IMG/VR virus record: IMGVR_UViG_3300014208_000056
Location: 1 to 52,339 of that record
Source: a virus
Lineage: Duplodnaviria > Caudoviricetes
Length of the DNA stretch: 52,339 nt
Strand: one strand, 5' to 3'
Numbering within the stretch: position 1 is the stretch's first letter; each line of letters starts with the position of its first letter. Shown piece by piece: positions 16,348 to 25,644 of this stretch. The translations under genes and the position numbers were made by a program. Under the pieces are notes generated by a model, which made no database searches, was not told where the DNA came from, and saw only the letters and a program-made list of their open reading frames with translations.

Positions 16348-17539
16348 CCGCCTCGAATGTCGTCGCGCCGACGAGCCACGGACCAAGTGTCTCGGGCGAC
16401 GTATCGACCCACGAAGCGAGGAAGGCAGGCGTATCGTCGCACAAGTGGAGGATGAGATGAGAGGAAAGAAGGGAAGCGGACCGAAGCGAGAGGACATCTT
16501 GAGCACCATCCGCACGTGGACCGACCCCACGGCGCGCGGCATCGCCGAAGAGCTCGGCTGCACCGTGTCGCAGCTACGCGCCCCGCTGGCGGCGCTGGTC
16601 GAGTCGGGAGAGGTCAAGCGCATCACGACTGGGAACGGCTCGGCCCACCCCTACACCTACCGGCTCGCCTCCGGGGCCCAGAGCGCGGGGCCGGTGCCCC
16701 CCTCGACGCCAGAGCCAGCACATGCGGTGCCGGAAAGCGGTGGTTCCGGGCCTACGGATGCATGCCGAGACCACGGGACTGTGCGGTCCCCGGTCCTCGG
16801 TCGCTGTGACGATTGTGGCGCCTCATTCTGCCGGAACTGCGTGGGGCGGAGGTGGCTCGAGGGGGAGCGAGCCCACGCGCTCTGCAGTGCATGCGCCGCG
16901 AACAAGGCAGATCGGGACAAGCCTGTCCCGTCCGGCCCCGGAGGCGCGATGCTGGCCCCGTCGCCGTCGCTCGCGGTCGCGATGGCCCAGCCCGACCTGC
17001 TGCGCATGGAGCTCGCCGAGCTGCGGCGCCTGTGGCCCGCGTCGCCGGGGTGCCAGTCGGTGCGTCAGTGGGCCGCCTGGTGGGTGGGGTCGTGCAAGCA
17101 GGCGGAGGAGGAGTGCGACGAGGCCAGGCGCGCCTTCGATGCCTGTGCGAGGGCCCGCGATGCCGCGCTGGGAGAGCGTGACGAGGCCAGGCAATCCGCC
17201 TACCTCCGCGGCCGCCAGCTCGCCCTGCGCGATGTGCTCGGCACCATGCAGCGCCTCTACGGGCGCGAGGCCGCCGAGGCTCCGCAGGAGGCCCGCCGGC
17301 CCGAGGCTCTCCGCTCGCTGCGCCACGGTGACGAGCACCTCTCCTCGCTGCAGGTCGACTCCAGTGTCGAGCTCCGACTGTGGTGGGGAGAAGGCGCGTG
17401 CAATCTGCTCGTGGGGCCCGAGCGGACTGAGTGCTTCCCACTCGACGCCGAGGGGCTGGACGACATGATCGCCGTACTGCGAGAGGCGAGGACACAGGCA
17501 TTCCCGCCGATGGCGGGAGAGGATGGAGAGCGGGAGTGA
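16340..17539 (+). CDS. Winged-helix / Zn-finger / coiled-coil mosaic protein
   Basis: TARGIAEELG..LAALVESGEV..YRL; CRDH..CDDC..CRNC..CSAC. Confidence 0.65.
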   Translation: MSDRLECRRADEPRTKCLGRRIDPRSEEGRRIVAQVEDEMRGKKGSGPKREDILSTIRTWTDPTARGIAEELGCTVSQLRAPLAALVESGEVKRITTGNGSAHPYTYRLASGAQSAGPVPPSTPEPAHAVPESGGSGPTDACRDHGTVRSPVLGRCDDCGASFCRNCVGRRWLEGERAHALCSACAANKADRDKPVPSGPGGAMLAPSPSLAVAMAQPDLLRMELAELRRLWPASPGCQSVRQWAAWWVGSCKQAEEECDEARRAFDACARARDAALGERDEARQSAYLRGRQLALRDVLGTMQRLYGREAAEAPQEARRPEALRSLRHGDEHLSSLQVDSSVELRLWWGEGACNLLVGPERTECFPLDAEGLDDMIAVLREARTQAFPPMAGEDGERE

Positions 17540-18000
17540 TGGGTGACGAGAAGCAGTGGTGCTGGAGATTCGCGGACGAAGCGGCCGTGCATGGTCCGTT
17601 CGGCAGCCGCGATGATGCGCTTATCGATGCCGACGACTACCTCGACGCGGGGGAGGAGCGGTGCGTGGTGGTCGCTACCGTCGTCCTCGTGCGGCCTGTC
17701 GATTGGGTGTCGGCCGATGCCTTGGGCGTGCTCGAGAGCATGGAGGAGTTCCTCAACGAGGAGGCAGGATTCGACGATCGCGTGTTTTCGCTGCGGGACG
17801 GGGTAAAGAGGGAGGCCGAGGAGGACCTGTGCCGGCACCTGCGCGAGTGGGCCGAGCGGTGGGTCGAGGCTGACGGCTCGTGGTACGCCAGCGACGAGGC
17901 CGAGGAAGTTGTGCTTCGCGCGACCGAGCCTGCGGCAGCAGCGCGTGACGAGGCACGGCTGGACGCCGAGACCGAGCACCATGATGGAGGGCAGGAGTGA
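17539..18000 (+). CDS. Hypothetical acidic protein
   Basis: HGPFGSRDDAL; junction motif at both ends. Confidence 0.65.
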   Translation: MGDEKQWCWRFADEAAVHGPFGSRDDALIDADDYLDAGEERCVVVATVVLVRPVDWVSADALGVLESMEEFLNEEAGFDDRVFSLRDGVKREAEEDLCRHLREWAERWVEADGSWYASDEAEEVVLRATEPAAAARDEARLDAETEHHDGGQE

Positions 18001-18638
18001 TGAGCACACACCCGTATCAGGCCGACAAGATCATGCGGGCGATGGCCGCACTGGCACGAGAGCTTGGGCACAACCTCAGCAGTTGGCGACGCCCATACAG
18101 CGCAAGCAAAGGCTCGTCTTACCGGGCCCAATGTTACTGCTGCGGCGCGCGAGCATTCGTGTTGTACGACCCATGTACTGGGGAGCAGGATGCGGACGGA
18201 TCTGCGCTGTATTTCCAGTGCGAGAAAAGACTGAGGGCCGCTCTGCTCACGACTCTAAGCCGCCGCGTGGCGGCGATGGAGACATGCCAGGCGCTAGACG
18301 ACGTTTGTGCCGTGGTCGATGTCGCGGCCGCGGGCTCCGAAGCCTCGCAGGGGGTGCGCCATGGCCGGGGCCAATTCTTTCGATGGCTCCTCGGCCTCGC
18401 GCTTCGCTGTCACGGTACCAGAGCTCGACGCGGCACGGCGTCAGTGCCTACCTTTCGGAGGCCACCAGGAGTAACACATGCCAGGAATAGAAGACCGCCT
18501 TGCGCGAGTCGAGCGGGAACTCGTCGACCTCACAGCCACCATGGCCCTCGTCGCCGAGCGATTCAAGGACGTTGGGGGCGTCGTCGAGATGCTGGGCGAC
18601 GTGGCAGCCGCGCGCGCGAAGGAAAGCGCAGCTCGTGA
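18000..18638 (+). CDS. Hypothetical Cys/His protein (3' part uncertain; overlaps the next gene)
   Basis: LGH..W..AQCYCCG; junction motif at the start. Confidence 0.45.
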   Translation: MSTHPYQADKIMRAMAALARELGHNLSSWRRPYSASKGSSYRAQCYCCGARAFVLYDPCTGEQDADGSALYFQCEKRLRAALLTTLSRRVAAMETCQALDDVCAVVDVAAAGSEASQGVRHGRGQFFRWLLGLALRCHGTRARRGTASVPTFRRPPGVTHARNRRPPCASRAGTRRPHSHHGPRRRAIQGRWGRRRDAGRRGSRAREGKRSS

Positions 18639-18795
18639 AGCCTCAGACGCAGAGTGGGCGAAGGCCCGCGCCAGCACCGAGGCCGCGAACGCCAGGCAGC
18701 TCGACATCAGCGAGCGCCACCTCGCCGCCCAGGAGCGCCAAGCCGCCGCTCTCGAGAGAATAGCCACGGCTCGCGAGTGGGGGGTGGGACGATGA
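18478..18795 (+). CDS. Hypothetical coiled-coil protein
   Basis: AGGAG RBS. Confidence 0.65.
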   Translation: MPGIEDRLARVERELVDLTATMALVAERFKDVGGVVEMLGDVAAARAKESAAREASDAEWAKARASTEAANARQLDISERHLAAQERQAAALERIATAREWGVGR

Positions 18796-19217
18796 CCACC
18801 ATTGAGGAACTGAGCAAGAGAACTGGGCTGCCATTCTTCCAGCACAACGAGAGCTCGGCATCAGCACATCTCGACGGGGAGTGTCGAGTGCGCATCGACG
18901 CCCAGCCAGACCGGTGTGTTGCCGCGCTACTTTCCGGCCCCGTCGTCAGGCACACTGGAAGCGGCCCCTCACCACTCGCCGCCTACCGCGCTCTCGTCCT
19001 GGCCCTCCCCCTGCACTGGCGCCTGTGGCTCGCGGCCCAGCGCACAGACGCCAAGGTCTTCACCTGTCGTTGCGGCTCGGTCGCTCTCCGGGCCGATGTC
19101 GACGCCGAGCGCCATGGCTTCAGGTGCTGCGACTGTGGCGCCTTCGAGGCCGCCCGCGACTTCGTTGCCCGGCACCTGGGCGGGGCTCGTCTGTCGGGCA
19201 CGGGGAGGGTGGGGTGA
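18792..19217 (+). CDS. Hypothetical protein with a C-terminal Zn ribbon
   Basis: FTCRCG..CCDCG. Confidence 0.55.
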   Translation: MTTIEELSKRTGLPFFQHNESSASAHLDGECRVRIDAQPDRCVAALLSGPVVRHTGSGPSPLAAYRALVLALPLHWRLWLAAQRTDAKVFTCRCGSVALRADVDAERHGFRCCDCGAFEAARDFVARHLGGARLSGTGRVG

Positions 19218-19579
19218 CCTACGTATTCACCTGGGGGAACAACGCGAAGCGGGCGACGATGAGGGGCCGCCTGTGCCGCGTCGTCGCGACCTCGACTCGC
19301 ATGGGGTCGGTCCTTGTGGAGTTCCTCGACAACGGACAACGCGAGGTCGTGTCGAGGAGGGCGATCCGCAGGAGCGGGCCGGGACAGACCGGAGGCATCT
19401 ACTTCGGCGGCCCGCTGCTTTCGGCCGATATCATCCCTACCGAGGGCACTGGGAGGGCCACCATGAGAGACCTGCTACTTCTGCTCCTGCTTGACGACCT
19501 GGCGATGTTCCTGGCCGGCGGCCAGTCGGCGTTCCCGCAGGTGTGGCTTCTCCTGCTCTCGCGAGGGTGGCGCCCGTGA
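19214..19579 (+). CDS. Hypothetical protein, SH3/KOW-like N-terminus
   Basis: GRLCRVV..SVLVEF..GQREVVSRRAIR. Confidence 0.5.
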   Translation: MTYVFTWGNNAKRATMRGRLCRVVATSTRMGSVLVEFLDNGQREVVSRRAIRRSGPGQTGGIYFGGPLLSADIIPTEGTGRATMRDLLLLLLLDDLAMFLAGGQSAFPQVWLLLLSRGWRP

Positions 19580-19673
19580 CCATCTGGGCGGGGCCCGGCC
19601 GCATGACCCGCCGTCAGTTCCGCGGGCACATTCGGCTGATGGTACGTCGGTGGCTGTTCCGTCAACCCAAGTC

Positions 19674-19702
19674 TTGAATCCCTCGCATGTACACACTACC
19701 CT
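19674..19702 (+). promoter_or_regulatory. Putative sigma70 promoter
   Basis: TTGAAT-N17-TACCCT upstream of AAGGAG RBS. Confidence 0.55.
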
Positions 19703-19738
19703 GTAGCGGCCGACTACCCGGCACGAAGGAGCACCATC

Positions 19739-20035
19739 ATGGAACACGGCGGAAAGCGGCCAGGAGCGGGACACCCGCCAGGCCCGACGAAGAAGGGGCG
19801 CAAGAAGCCCATCACCATCGGCTTCTCGGTCGAGGACGTGGCTGACATCGAGTGGGCCAAGCAAGTGTGGGGCGTCGACAAGGAGGCCGAGGTGGCCCGG
19901 CGATTGCTCCGTGTCGGGGCGCGGGTCACTCGCTTGCTCCTCGAGCCAGGCTCGGACGCAGCAATGCACCGCGACCTGTCGGAGCGCCTCGTCGGCTGGC
20001 TCCGCCTCGCAGTGCCCGGGGCCGAACAGAAATAG
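19739..20035 (+). CDS. AT-hook/RHH-like DNA-binding protein
   Basis: HGGKRPGAG motif, then PITIGFS..EAEVARRLLR. Confidence 0.55.
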   Translation: MEHGGKRPGAGHPPGPTKKGRKKPITIGFSVEDVADIEWAKQVWGVDKEAEVARRLLRVGARVTRLLLEPGSDAAMHRDLSERLVGWLRLAVPGAEQK

Positions 20036-20057
20036 TGCGCATCTTGAAAGATTCGCA

Positions 20058-20086
20058 TTGACTCGCGCAACGAAGGTGTCTATATT
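20058..20086 (+). promoter_or_regulatory. Putative strong sigma70 promoter
   Basis: TTGACT-N17-TATATT in an AT-richer intergenic gap. Confidence 0.75.
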
Positions 20087-20133
20087 TCTCTCATGGGCAA
20101 CGGGGAATGGTCCCCGAACCTGAGGAGAGCACC

Positions 20134-20445
20134 ATGGTCGTCAAGATGCGCAGCGATTCTAACCCGAACGTGACCTACCACACCGACCCCGCGACCGGGA
20201 CCTGCACCTGCCCGGCGGGGCAGAGCGGCCGGCGCTGCAAGCACCTACGACGCGTCGAGTTCTTGGCGGCGTATAAGGAGGCGCGCCGCGCCCTGGTGCT
20301 CTCGTGTAGGGCGTCGAACGAGGAGATGGTCGACGCAATCTACAGGCAGTTCGTCCTCGACTTCGGGAAGCGCGGCACGCTCGGCGCTGCGCAGGACAAG
20401 GCGATCGGCGAGATCCTCCGCTGGGCCGAGGAGGTGCGCTGCTGA
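20134..20445 (+). CDS. SWIM zinc-finger protein
   Basis: Y..CTCPA..RCKH; GAGGAG RBS. Confidence 0.8.
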   Translation: MVVKMRSDSNPNVTYHTDPATGTCTCPAGQSGRRCKHLRRVEFLAAYKEARRALVLSCRASNEEMVDAIYRQFVLDFGKRGTLGAAQDKAIGEILRWAEEVRC

Positions 20446-20627
20446 TGTTCCGACCATGCAACTGCGGATCCGGCCTAGACTCATGGTGGGCGAAGGACGC
20501 GCAGGGCATCGAGCTCTGCCGCGTCTGCGACCGCTGCGAGGCCTCCAAGTTGGAGCGCTACCGCCCAGAGATTCTATCCTGGTACGACCAGGGCGACGTT
20601 GACGAGCCCATTGAGGAGGACTGCTGA
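20445..20627 (+). CDS. Small Zn-binding phage protein
   Basis: CNCGSG..DAQGIELCRVCDRC. Confidence 0.65.
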   Translation: MFRPCNCGSGLDSWWAKDAQGIELCRVCDRCEASKLERYRPEILSWYDQGDVDEPIEEDC

Positions 20628-20827
20628 TGGAAGGCACCGGGACCCATACTGCGACCGACTGCACCTGCCTCGACTGCGGCCGGCCGATGGACCGCTACAC
20701 CGTGTGCCGCGAATGCCGCGAGGCGCATGAGGACGCGCGGGCCCCGAACCTCTGCCCCATCTGCTCGGGCAACGGGTGCCCGAGCTGCAACTACGTCGGC
20801 GAGACCTACGACGGCGAGACCTACTGA
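20627..20827 (+). CDS. Small Zn-finger protein
   Basis: Four CxxC motifs; GAGGAGG RBS. Confidence 0.6.
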   Translation: MEGTGTHTATDCTCLDCGRPMDRYTVCRECREAHEDARAPNLCPICSGNGCPSCNYVGETYDGETY

Positions 20828-20855
20828 CCGCCCACAACGACAGGAGACACAGACC

Positions 20856-21812
20856 ATGGCATTCGTGAAAGCACAACGGTCGACGAAGAAGGCGCGTGTT
20901 GCGCTGCTTGGTCCCAGCGGCGCAGGGAAGACCTACACAGCCCTGCAACTGGCGAAAGGGATCGCTGGTGAGGATGGTAGAATCGCCCTCATCGACACCG
21001 AGAACCACAGCGCCGAGCTCTACGCCGACGTCGTCGACTTCGACGTGCTCTGCCTCGAACGCTTCTCGCCGCGCGACTACATCGCCGCCATCGCCGAGGC
21101 CGCCGCCGCGGGCTATTCGGTGCTCATCATCGACAGTCTCTCCCACGCATGGGTGGGGAAGGGTGGCGTACTCGAGCAGGTCGACAATGCATCCGCCCGG
21201 TCCGCGTCGAAGAACAGCTTCGGCGCCTGGCGCGATGTGACCCCAGAGCACAACCGCTTGGTCGACGCGCTTGTGAGGGCCCCGCTGCACTTGGTCGTGA
21301 CGATGCGCACCAAGGTCGAGTGGGTGCTCGAGCAGGACGCGAAGGGCCGCACCGTCCCTCGCAAGGTCGGCATGGCCCCGGTGCAGCGCGAGGGGCTCGA
21401 CTACGAGTTCGACATCGTCGCCGACATGGACGACATGCACCGCGCCATCGTGACGAAGACCCGTTGCTCTGCGCTGGCCGACCAGGTCATCGCGAAGCCC
21501 GGCCCGGAGCTTGGGAAGCAGATCCGCGACTGGCTGTCGTCTGCCCCCGCCAGCTCTCCCGCCGCTCCTGTCCCAGCCGTGTCGGCGCCAGAGGAGGACG
21601 TGAAGAAGGTGGGCACGGCCGCAGTAGAGGAGATCATGCGTATCGAGAAGCTCGACCGCCGAGCTGCGAACGCCTTCCTCGCCGACCGAGTGAAGATCGC
21701 CGGGGCCAAGCTGGACGCCGATGGAATCGGCTCCGCCATGTCCGAGCTGCGGGCCGAGTGGGCGAGGGTGACAGGGCCCGAGGTGGTCGAGGCGCAGCCG
21801 CCGGCCGAGTAG
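20856..21812 (+). CDS. Sak4-like AAA ATPase (phage recombination/annealing)
   Basis: GPSGAGKT, IDTE, IIDSLSHAW, YEFD, KTR. Confidence 0.85.
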   Translation: MAFVKAQRSTKKARVALLGPSGAGKTYTALQLAKGIAGEDGRIALIDTENHSAELYADVVDFDVLCLERFSPRDYIAAIAEAAAAGYSVLIIDSLSHAWVGKGGVLEQVDNASARSASKNSFGAWRDVTPEHNRLVDALVRAPLHLVVTMRTKVEWVLEQDAKGRTVPRKVGMAPVQREGLDYEFDIVADMDDMHRAIVTKTRCSALADQVIAKPGPELGKQIRDWLSSAPASSPAAPVPAVSAPEEDVKKVGTAAVEEIMRIEKLDRRAANAFLADRVKIAGAKLDADGIGSAMSELRAEWARVTGPEVVEAQPPAE

Positions 21813-21852
21813 ACGAGAGGACACGCCCGGGTGGAGATGGAGGGTAGGAGTG

Positions 21853-22215
21853 ATGAGCGAGAGGTGCATCTCTCACAAGAGCGTGGGCGGCAAGTGTGTT
21901 TCCACATGGGGGCTGAGAGGGGATGAGAAATGCATCTCTCACCAGAGCGACGGCTATCCGGTCGCTGCTCGATGCGGCTCTTGCAGAGCGGAGCTCTGCT
22001 ACACCTGCCAGAAAACTCGCCACCTGGTGGCAGAGGGCGATCCATACTATCGCGGGCGGGCGGCCACGTGTCCGAGGTGCCACCGGCCAGTAGCCGCGCT
22101 GATGGAGCGGTCTGGGCTGTGCCCGGAGTGCCACGGGCCAGGAGAGCTCGCGCGGCAGTGGAGAATAGACGGCGTGGAGGTCGACACCAACCTCTTTCCT
22201 GAGCCAACCCCATGA
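21853..22215 (+). CDS. Cys-rich Zn-finger protein
   Basis: CISH twice; multiple CxxC. Confidence 0.6.
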   Translation: MSERCISHKSVGGKCVSTWGLRGDEKCISHQSDGYPVAARCGSCRAELCYTCQKTRHLVAEGDPYYRGRAATCPRCHRPVAALMERSGLCPECHGPGELARQWRIDGVEVDTNLFPEPTP

Positions 22216-23084
22216 ACGAGTGGACCACAACCACGTCAGGCCTCATCGTCCCGGCGCGACCGAAGCGGCGCGTCAACGCCGTCGACCTGTTCGCTGGGTG
22301 CGGGGGCTTCTCGTGCGGGCTGCACGCGGCCGGGGTCGACGTTGTCGCCGCGCTGGAGTGGGAAGCCTCCGCGGCGATCACCTATCTGTGGAACCTCGGC
22401 AACCGCCGCTTCGGCTCGCTCGTTGGTTACGGGTGCGAGGGTGACCGTGCCCGCCTGGCCAAAGCCCTCGAGAAGTCACGACGCGCCCGCCGCGGCTTCG
22501 AGGTGGTTCCAGGTGACGAGGGGTGGATCGGGATGAAGAACCCCAACGAAGACCTCGGATGTCGGGCGCTGTTCTTCGGCGATGCCCGCGAAGCGACAGG
22601 TGAGAACCTGCTCTCCATGCTCGAGGCCTCCGGATGGCGGGGGACCATCGACGTTGTCGTTGGCGGTCCGCCGTGTCAGGGCTTCTCGAGGTCTGGCCAC
22701 CAGGACCCAACTGACCCGCGCAACAACCTCGTGCTCGAGTTCCTTCGCATCGCCGACGAGCTCGGTGCTGGGATGTTTGTCATCGAGAACGTCCCACCGC
22801 TGCTCACCGAGGCGAAGTTCGAGCCGCTTCGTCTGGCGCTCTTCGCGAAGGCGAACGAGCTTGGATACACCGTCGCGGCCGACGTCATCGACGCGGTCAA
22901 CTACAACGTGCCGCAGTTCCGCCGCAGGGCCCTCATCCGAGGGGATCGCGGCGGTCGCGCCATCCAGCTCACGATGCCGGAGACCTGGTCATTCGTCTCG
23001 CGCCCTGGAGACCCTCTTCCGACGAGCAACAAGCCAGCCCCCGAGACCGCGCACGAAGACGCCCTCCTCCCACTCGACTGGTGA
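22212..23084 (+). CDS. C5 cytosine DNA methyltransferase, lacking the TRD and motifs IX-X
   Basis: DLFAGCGG (I), GGPPCQGFS (IV), ENVP (VI), PQFRRR (VIII); ends about 50 aa later. Confidence 0.85.
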   Translation: MNEWTTTTSGLIVPARPKRRVNAVDLFAGCGGFSCGLHAAGVDVVAALEWEASAAITYLWNLGNRRFGSLVGYGCEGDRARLAKALEKSRRARRGFEVVPGDEGWIGMKNPNEDLGCRALFFGDAREATGENLLSMLEASGWRGTIDVVVGGPPCQGFSRSGHQDPTDPRNNLVLEFLRIADELGAGMFVIENVPPLLTEAKFEPLRLALFAKANELGYTVAADVIDAVNYNVPQFRRRALIRGDRGGRAIQLTMPETWSFVSRPGDPLPTSNKPAPETAHEDALLPLDW

Positions 23085-23090
23085 CATCCC

Positions 23091-23858
23091 ATGAACGAGA
23101 CCCCCATCGCCTGGACCGAACTCACCTGGAACCCAATGTCGGGGTGCGTGCCCGTGTCGGAGGGGTGTCGGCACTGCTACGCCCGGACCTTCGCGGAGCG
23201 GAAGCGTGGGACGCCCGCCTTTCCCAACGGCTTCGACCTCACGTTGCGGCCGCACAAGTTGCGGGAGCCCGAGCGGGTCAAGTCCCCCTCATTGGTCTTC
23301 GTCAACTCCATGTCTGACCTATTCTGGGACGCCGTGCCCGAGACCTACCGCGACCAGGTCATGACGACCATCGAGCGCTGCCCACGGCACACCTTCCAGA
23401 TCCTCACGAAGCGGCCCGAGGCCATGCGCGACTACTCGCACCGCCTCCCATTCGCGCCCAACGTCTGGGCAGGGGTCACGGTCGAGAGCCAGTCCCACGT
23501 CGACCGCATCGACGTGCTGCGTCAGGTCGACGCCCATCTCCGCTTCGTCTCGGTCGAGCCGATGCTGTCCCCCCTGCCTGGGCTCTCCCTCGCCGGCGTC
23601 GACTGGGTGATCGTCGGGGGCGAGTCGGGAAGCCACCTGTGGAAGCACCCCGATCGCGGGCTGGTAGAGCGGCGCGCCGGCGCGTGGAGCCCGCGGCCCG
23701 AGCGCGTGCAGTGGGTCCTTGACGTTCGCGACCAGTGCCATGCCGCGGGGGTTCCCTTCTTCTTCAAGCAGTGGGGCGGACCACTTCCGACGAGCGGCGG
23801 CAAGCTGCTCGACGGTCGGGCGTGGGCCGAGTTCCCGAGCCCGAGGAGCCGAGCATGA
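23091..23858 (+). CDS. Phage Gp37/Gp68 (DUF5131) three-Cys protein
   Basis: IAWTELTWNPMSGC..SEGCRHCYA, FVNSMSDLF, FQILTKRP, VIVGGESG, FFKQWGG. Confidence 0.92.
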   Translation: MNETPIAWTELTWNPMSGCVPVSEGCRHCYARTFAERKRGTPAFPNGFDLTLRPHKLREPERVKSPSLVFVNSMSDLFWDAVPETYRDQVMTTIERCPRHTFQILTKRPEAMRDYSHRLPFAPNVWAGVTVESQSHVDRIDVLRQVDAHLRFVSVEPMLSPLPGLSLAGVDWVIVGGESGSHLWKHPDRGLVERRAGAWSPRPERVQWVLDVRDQCHAAGVPFFFKQWGGPLPTSGGKLLDGRAWAEFPSPRSRA

Positions 23859-24421
23859 AGCAACCCACCATCCGCCGCATGCTAGTCGCCGCCATCAAGC
23901 CCGCGCCCGACAACCCACGCAAGATCAGCCCCAAGGCGCAGAAGGCGCTGCGGGAGAGCCTGCGTCGATGGGGGCTTGTCGAGCCCCTGGTCTGGAACGA
24001 GCGCACGGGGCACATCGTCGGCGGCCACCAGCGCCTCGAGCTCCTCTGTCGCGAAGGGGTCGAAGAGGTCGACGTCGTCGTCGTGGATCTCCCCCCGGCT
24101 GACGAGCGCGCCCTCAACCTGACCCTCAACAACCCCGGCGCCCAAGGGACCTTCACCGACCTCGATGGGCAGCTCGAGGCGCTGGACGCAAGCCTCGACC
24201 TCGAGGCACTTGCGCTCGACGAGCTGCTGGGCGTGGAGCCCGATGAAGACGACGAGGACGCGGGGCTGGAACCTTTCTTGCCAAGCACTGACCCGCGGCC
24301 CGCTTGGATCCTCGTGTCGGCGCCGCCAGCCATCGCCGCCGACATCGAGCTCGCCATCCGGGCACGGTGGGGCGAGGACGATCGGGTCAAGTACGAGATC
24401 AGCTTCGGGGAGGAGTCTTGA
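23855..24421 (+). CDS. ParB-like nuclease-domain protein
   Basis: PAPDNPRKI..LRESL..GLVEPLVWNERTGHIVGGHQRL..ALNLTLNN. Confidence 0.85.
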   Translation: MKQPTIRRMLVAAIKPAPDNPRKISPKAQKALRESLRRWGLVEPLVWNERTGHIVGGHQRLELLCREGVEEVDVVVVDLPPADERALNLTLNNPGAQGTFTDLDGQLEALDASLDLEALALDELLGVEPDEDDEDAGLEPFLPSTDPRPAWILVSAPPAIAADIELAIRARWGEDDRVKYEISFGEES

Positions 24422-25137
24422 TGCCAAGCCACGAAGACATTGAGAGGGCGCGCGCCGAGATCGTTCGGCAAGCCAACCTCACTGGGGGATGGATGCGCCT
24501 GCGCTGGCCTGGGCACGAAGACCTCTTCGTGCCGCGAGGAGCGTTCGAGAACTGGGCGCTGGATATGATCGGCCGGCAATCAACCATCGAGTGGAAGGTC
24601 GTGTCATGTGACGGGTGGAAGTGCGGAGGAGATGATCCACTGCACTCGGATTGGATGCTTGGCGCCGGTCTACAGCTTGACGACTGGGGGGACTACTTCG
24701 GCGAGTTATCCGCCGATCAACAGTCTCTTCAAGCAGCCGCGTTCGACGCCGCGCACGCGATTCAGCTCGCGTTCCGTGGTGTGAGGCTTGGTGGCGCCTA
24801 CTCGCTCCTCGTGCTCGGATCCGAGCCGCCAGGGGAAATCCGCGGCGCCGTGGTGAAGCCGAAGCCAAACGCCCCCGTTCCGGCGCACAGCATCGTGGTT
24901 CTCCCCGATCTGCGCCCCCACTTCGTGCAGGCTCTCGACGGGGCTGCCGCAGTCATCGCTGGCGCAGGCGGGGCGCTCGCACACCTCGCCGTGCTTGCGG
25001 TCGAGCGGGCGGTACCGATCTACTACCTCGCCGGTGTCCACTCCCTCTTGTCTGAGGGGAGCATGGTTTCTATTCGCGATGCACTTCTCAAGATCGAGGA
25101 TCTGGAGGAGGAAGAGGAGGAGGAGGAAGGTGGCTGA
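24421..25137 (+). CDS. Protein with a PEP-utilising enzyme mobile (phospho-His) domain
   Basis: IVVLPDL.P..AAAVIAGAGGALAHLAVLAVERAVP..L.EG..V; poly-Glu tail. Confidence 0.65.
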   Translation: MPSHEDIERARAEIVRQANLTGGWMRLRWPGHEDLFVPRGAFENWALDMIGRQSTIEWKVVSCDGWKCGGDDPLHSDWMLGAGLQLDDWGDYFGELSADQQSLQAAAFDAAHAIQLAFRGVRLGGAYSLLVLGSEPPGEIRGAVVKPKPNAPVPAHSIVVLPDLRPHFVQALDGAAAVIAGAGGALAHLAVLAVERAVPIYYLAGVHSLLSEGSMVSIRDALLKIEDLEEEEEEEEGG

Positions 25138-25369
25138 AATCCTGCAACTCGACCCGCTCGGAGGCGCTCATCCACCGTCCGAGACGCACACCGTCTCGGC
25201 CAAGGCTCCAGTCGGCCGCCTCCCCTACATCCTGCAGTCGCTCGGGATTGACTGCCAGGTTCTCGAAGACCACGTGACGAAGCGGGAGGTGGTGCTCCTC
25301 GAGGAGCCAGCCCAAGTCGCAGTCGCGGCCCTGCTTTCGCTCATCGTTCATGGAGCCCGCGCCAAATGA
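25130..25369 (+). CDS. Hypothetical protein
   Basis: Overlap-coupled ORF. Confidence 0.45.
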   Translation: MAEILQLDPLGGAHPPSETHTVSAKAPVGRLPYILQSLGIDCQVLEDHVTKREVVLLEEPAQVAVAALLSLIVHGARAK

Positions 25370-25644
25370 CCAGACACCGCAAGCCCCCAACGCAGCCCGC
25401 CAACCCCGACACCGGAGAATGGCTGGAGCGCCCGCCAACCCTGGCCGAGGTCGCAGCCCACCACGCCGCACACGCCAACGCGAACGGGTTCTCGCTGTGG
25501 GTGCAGTGGGTGACCGGCGCGAAGGTGCCGATGCTTCACTACAGCACGGGGACCTCTGTCCCGCGCAAGGAGTGGGGCACGACCGAGGGGCGATGGAGGC
25601 CTCTCGATGCGGACGCCGTGGCGTGTAGGCTGGTTGCCCCATGA
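25366..25644 (+). CDS. RPPT-AE-AHH family hypothetical protein (copy 1)
   Basis: WLERPPTLAEVAAHH..SLW..WRPLD. Confidence 0.65.
   Translation: MTRHRKPPTQPANPDTGEWLERPPTLAEVAAHHAAHANANGFSLWVQWVTGAKVPMLHYSTGTSVPRKEWGTTEGRWRPLDADAVACRLVAP

Noticed and set aside
18052-18068. TGGCACGAGAGCTTGG
   Set aside because: Wrong GG-GC spacing and intragenic.
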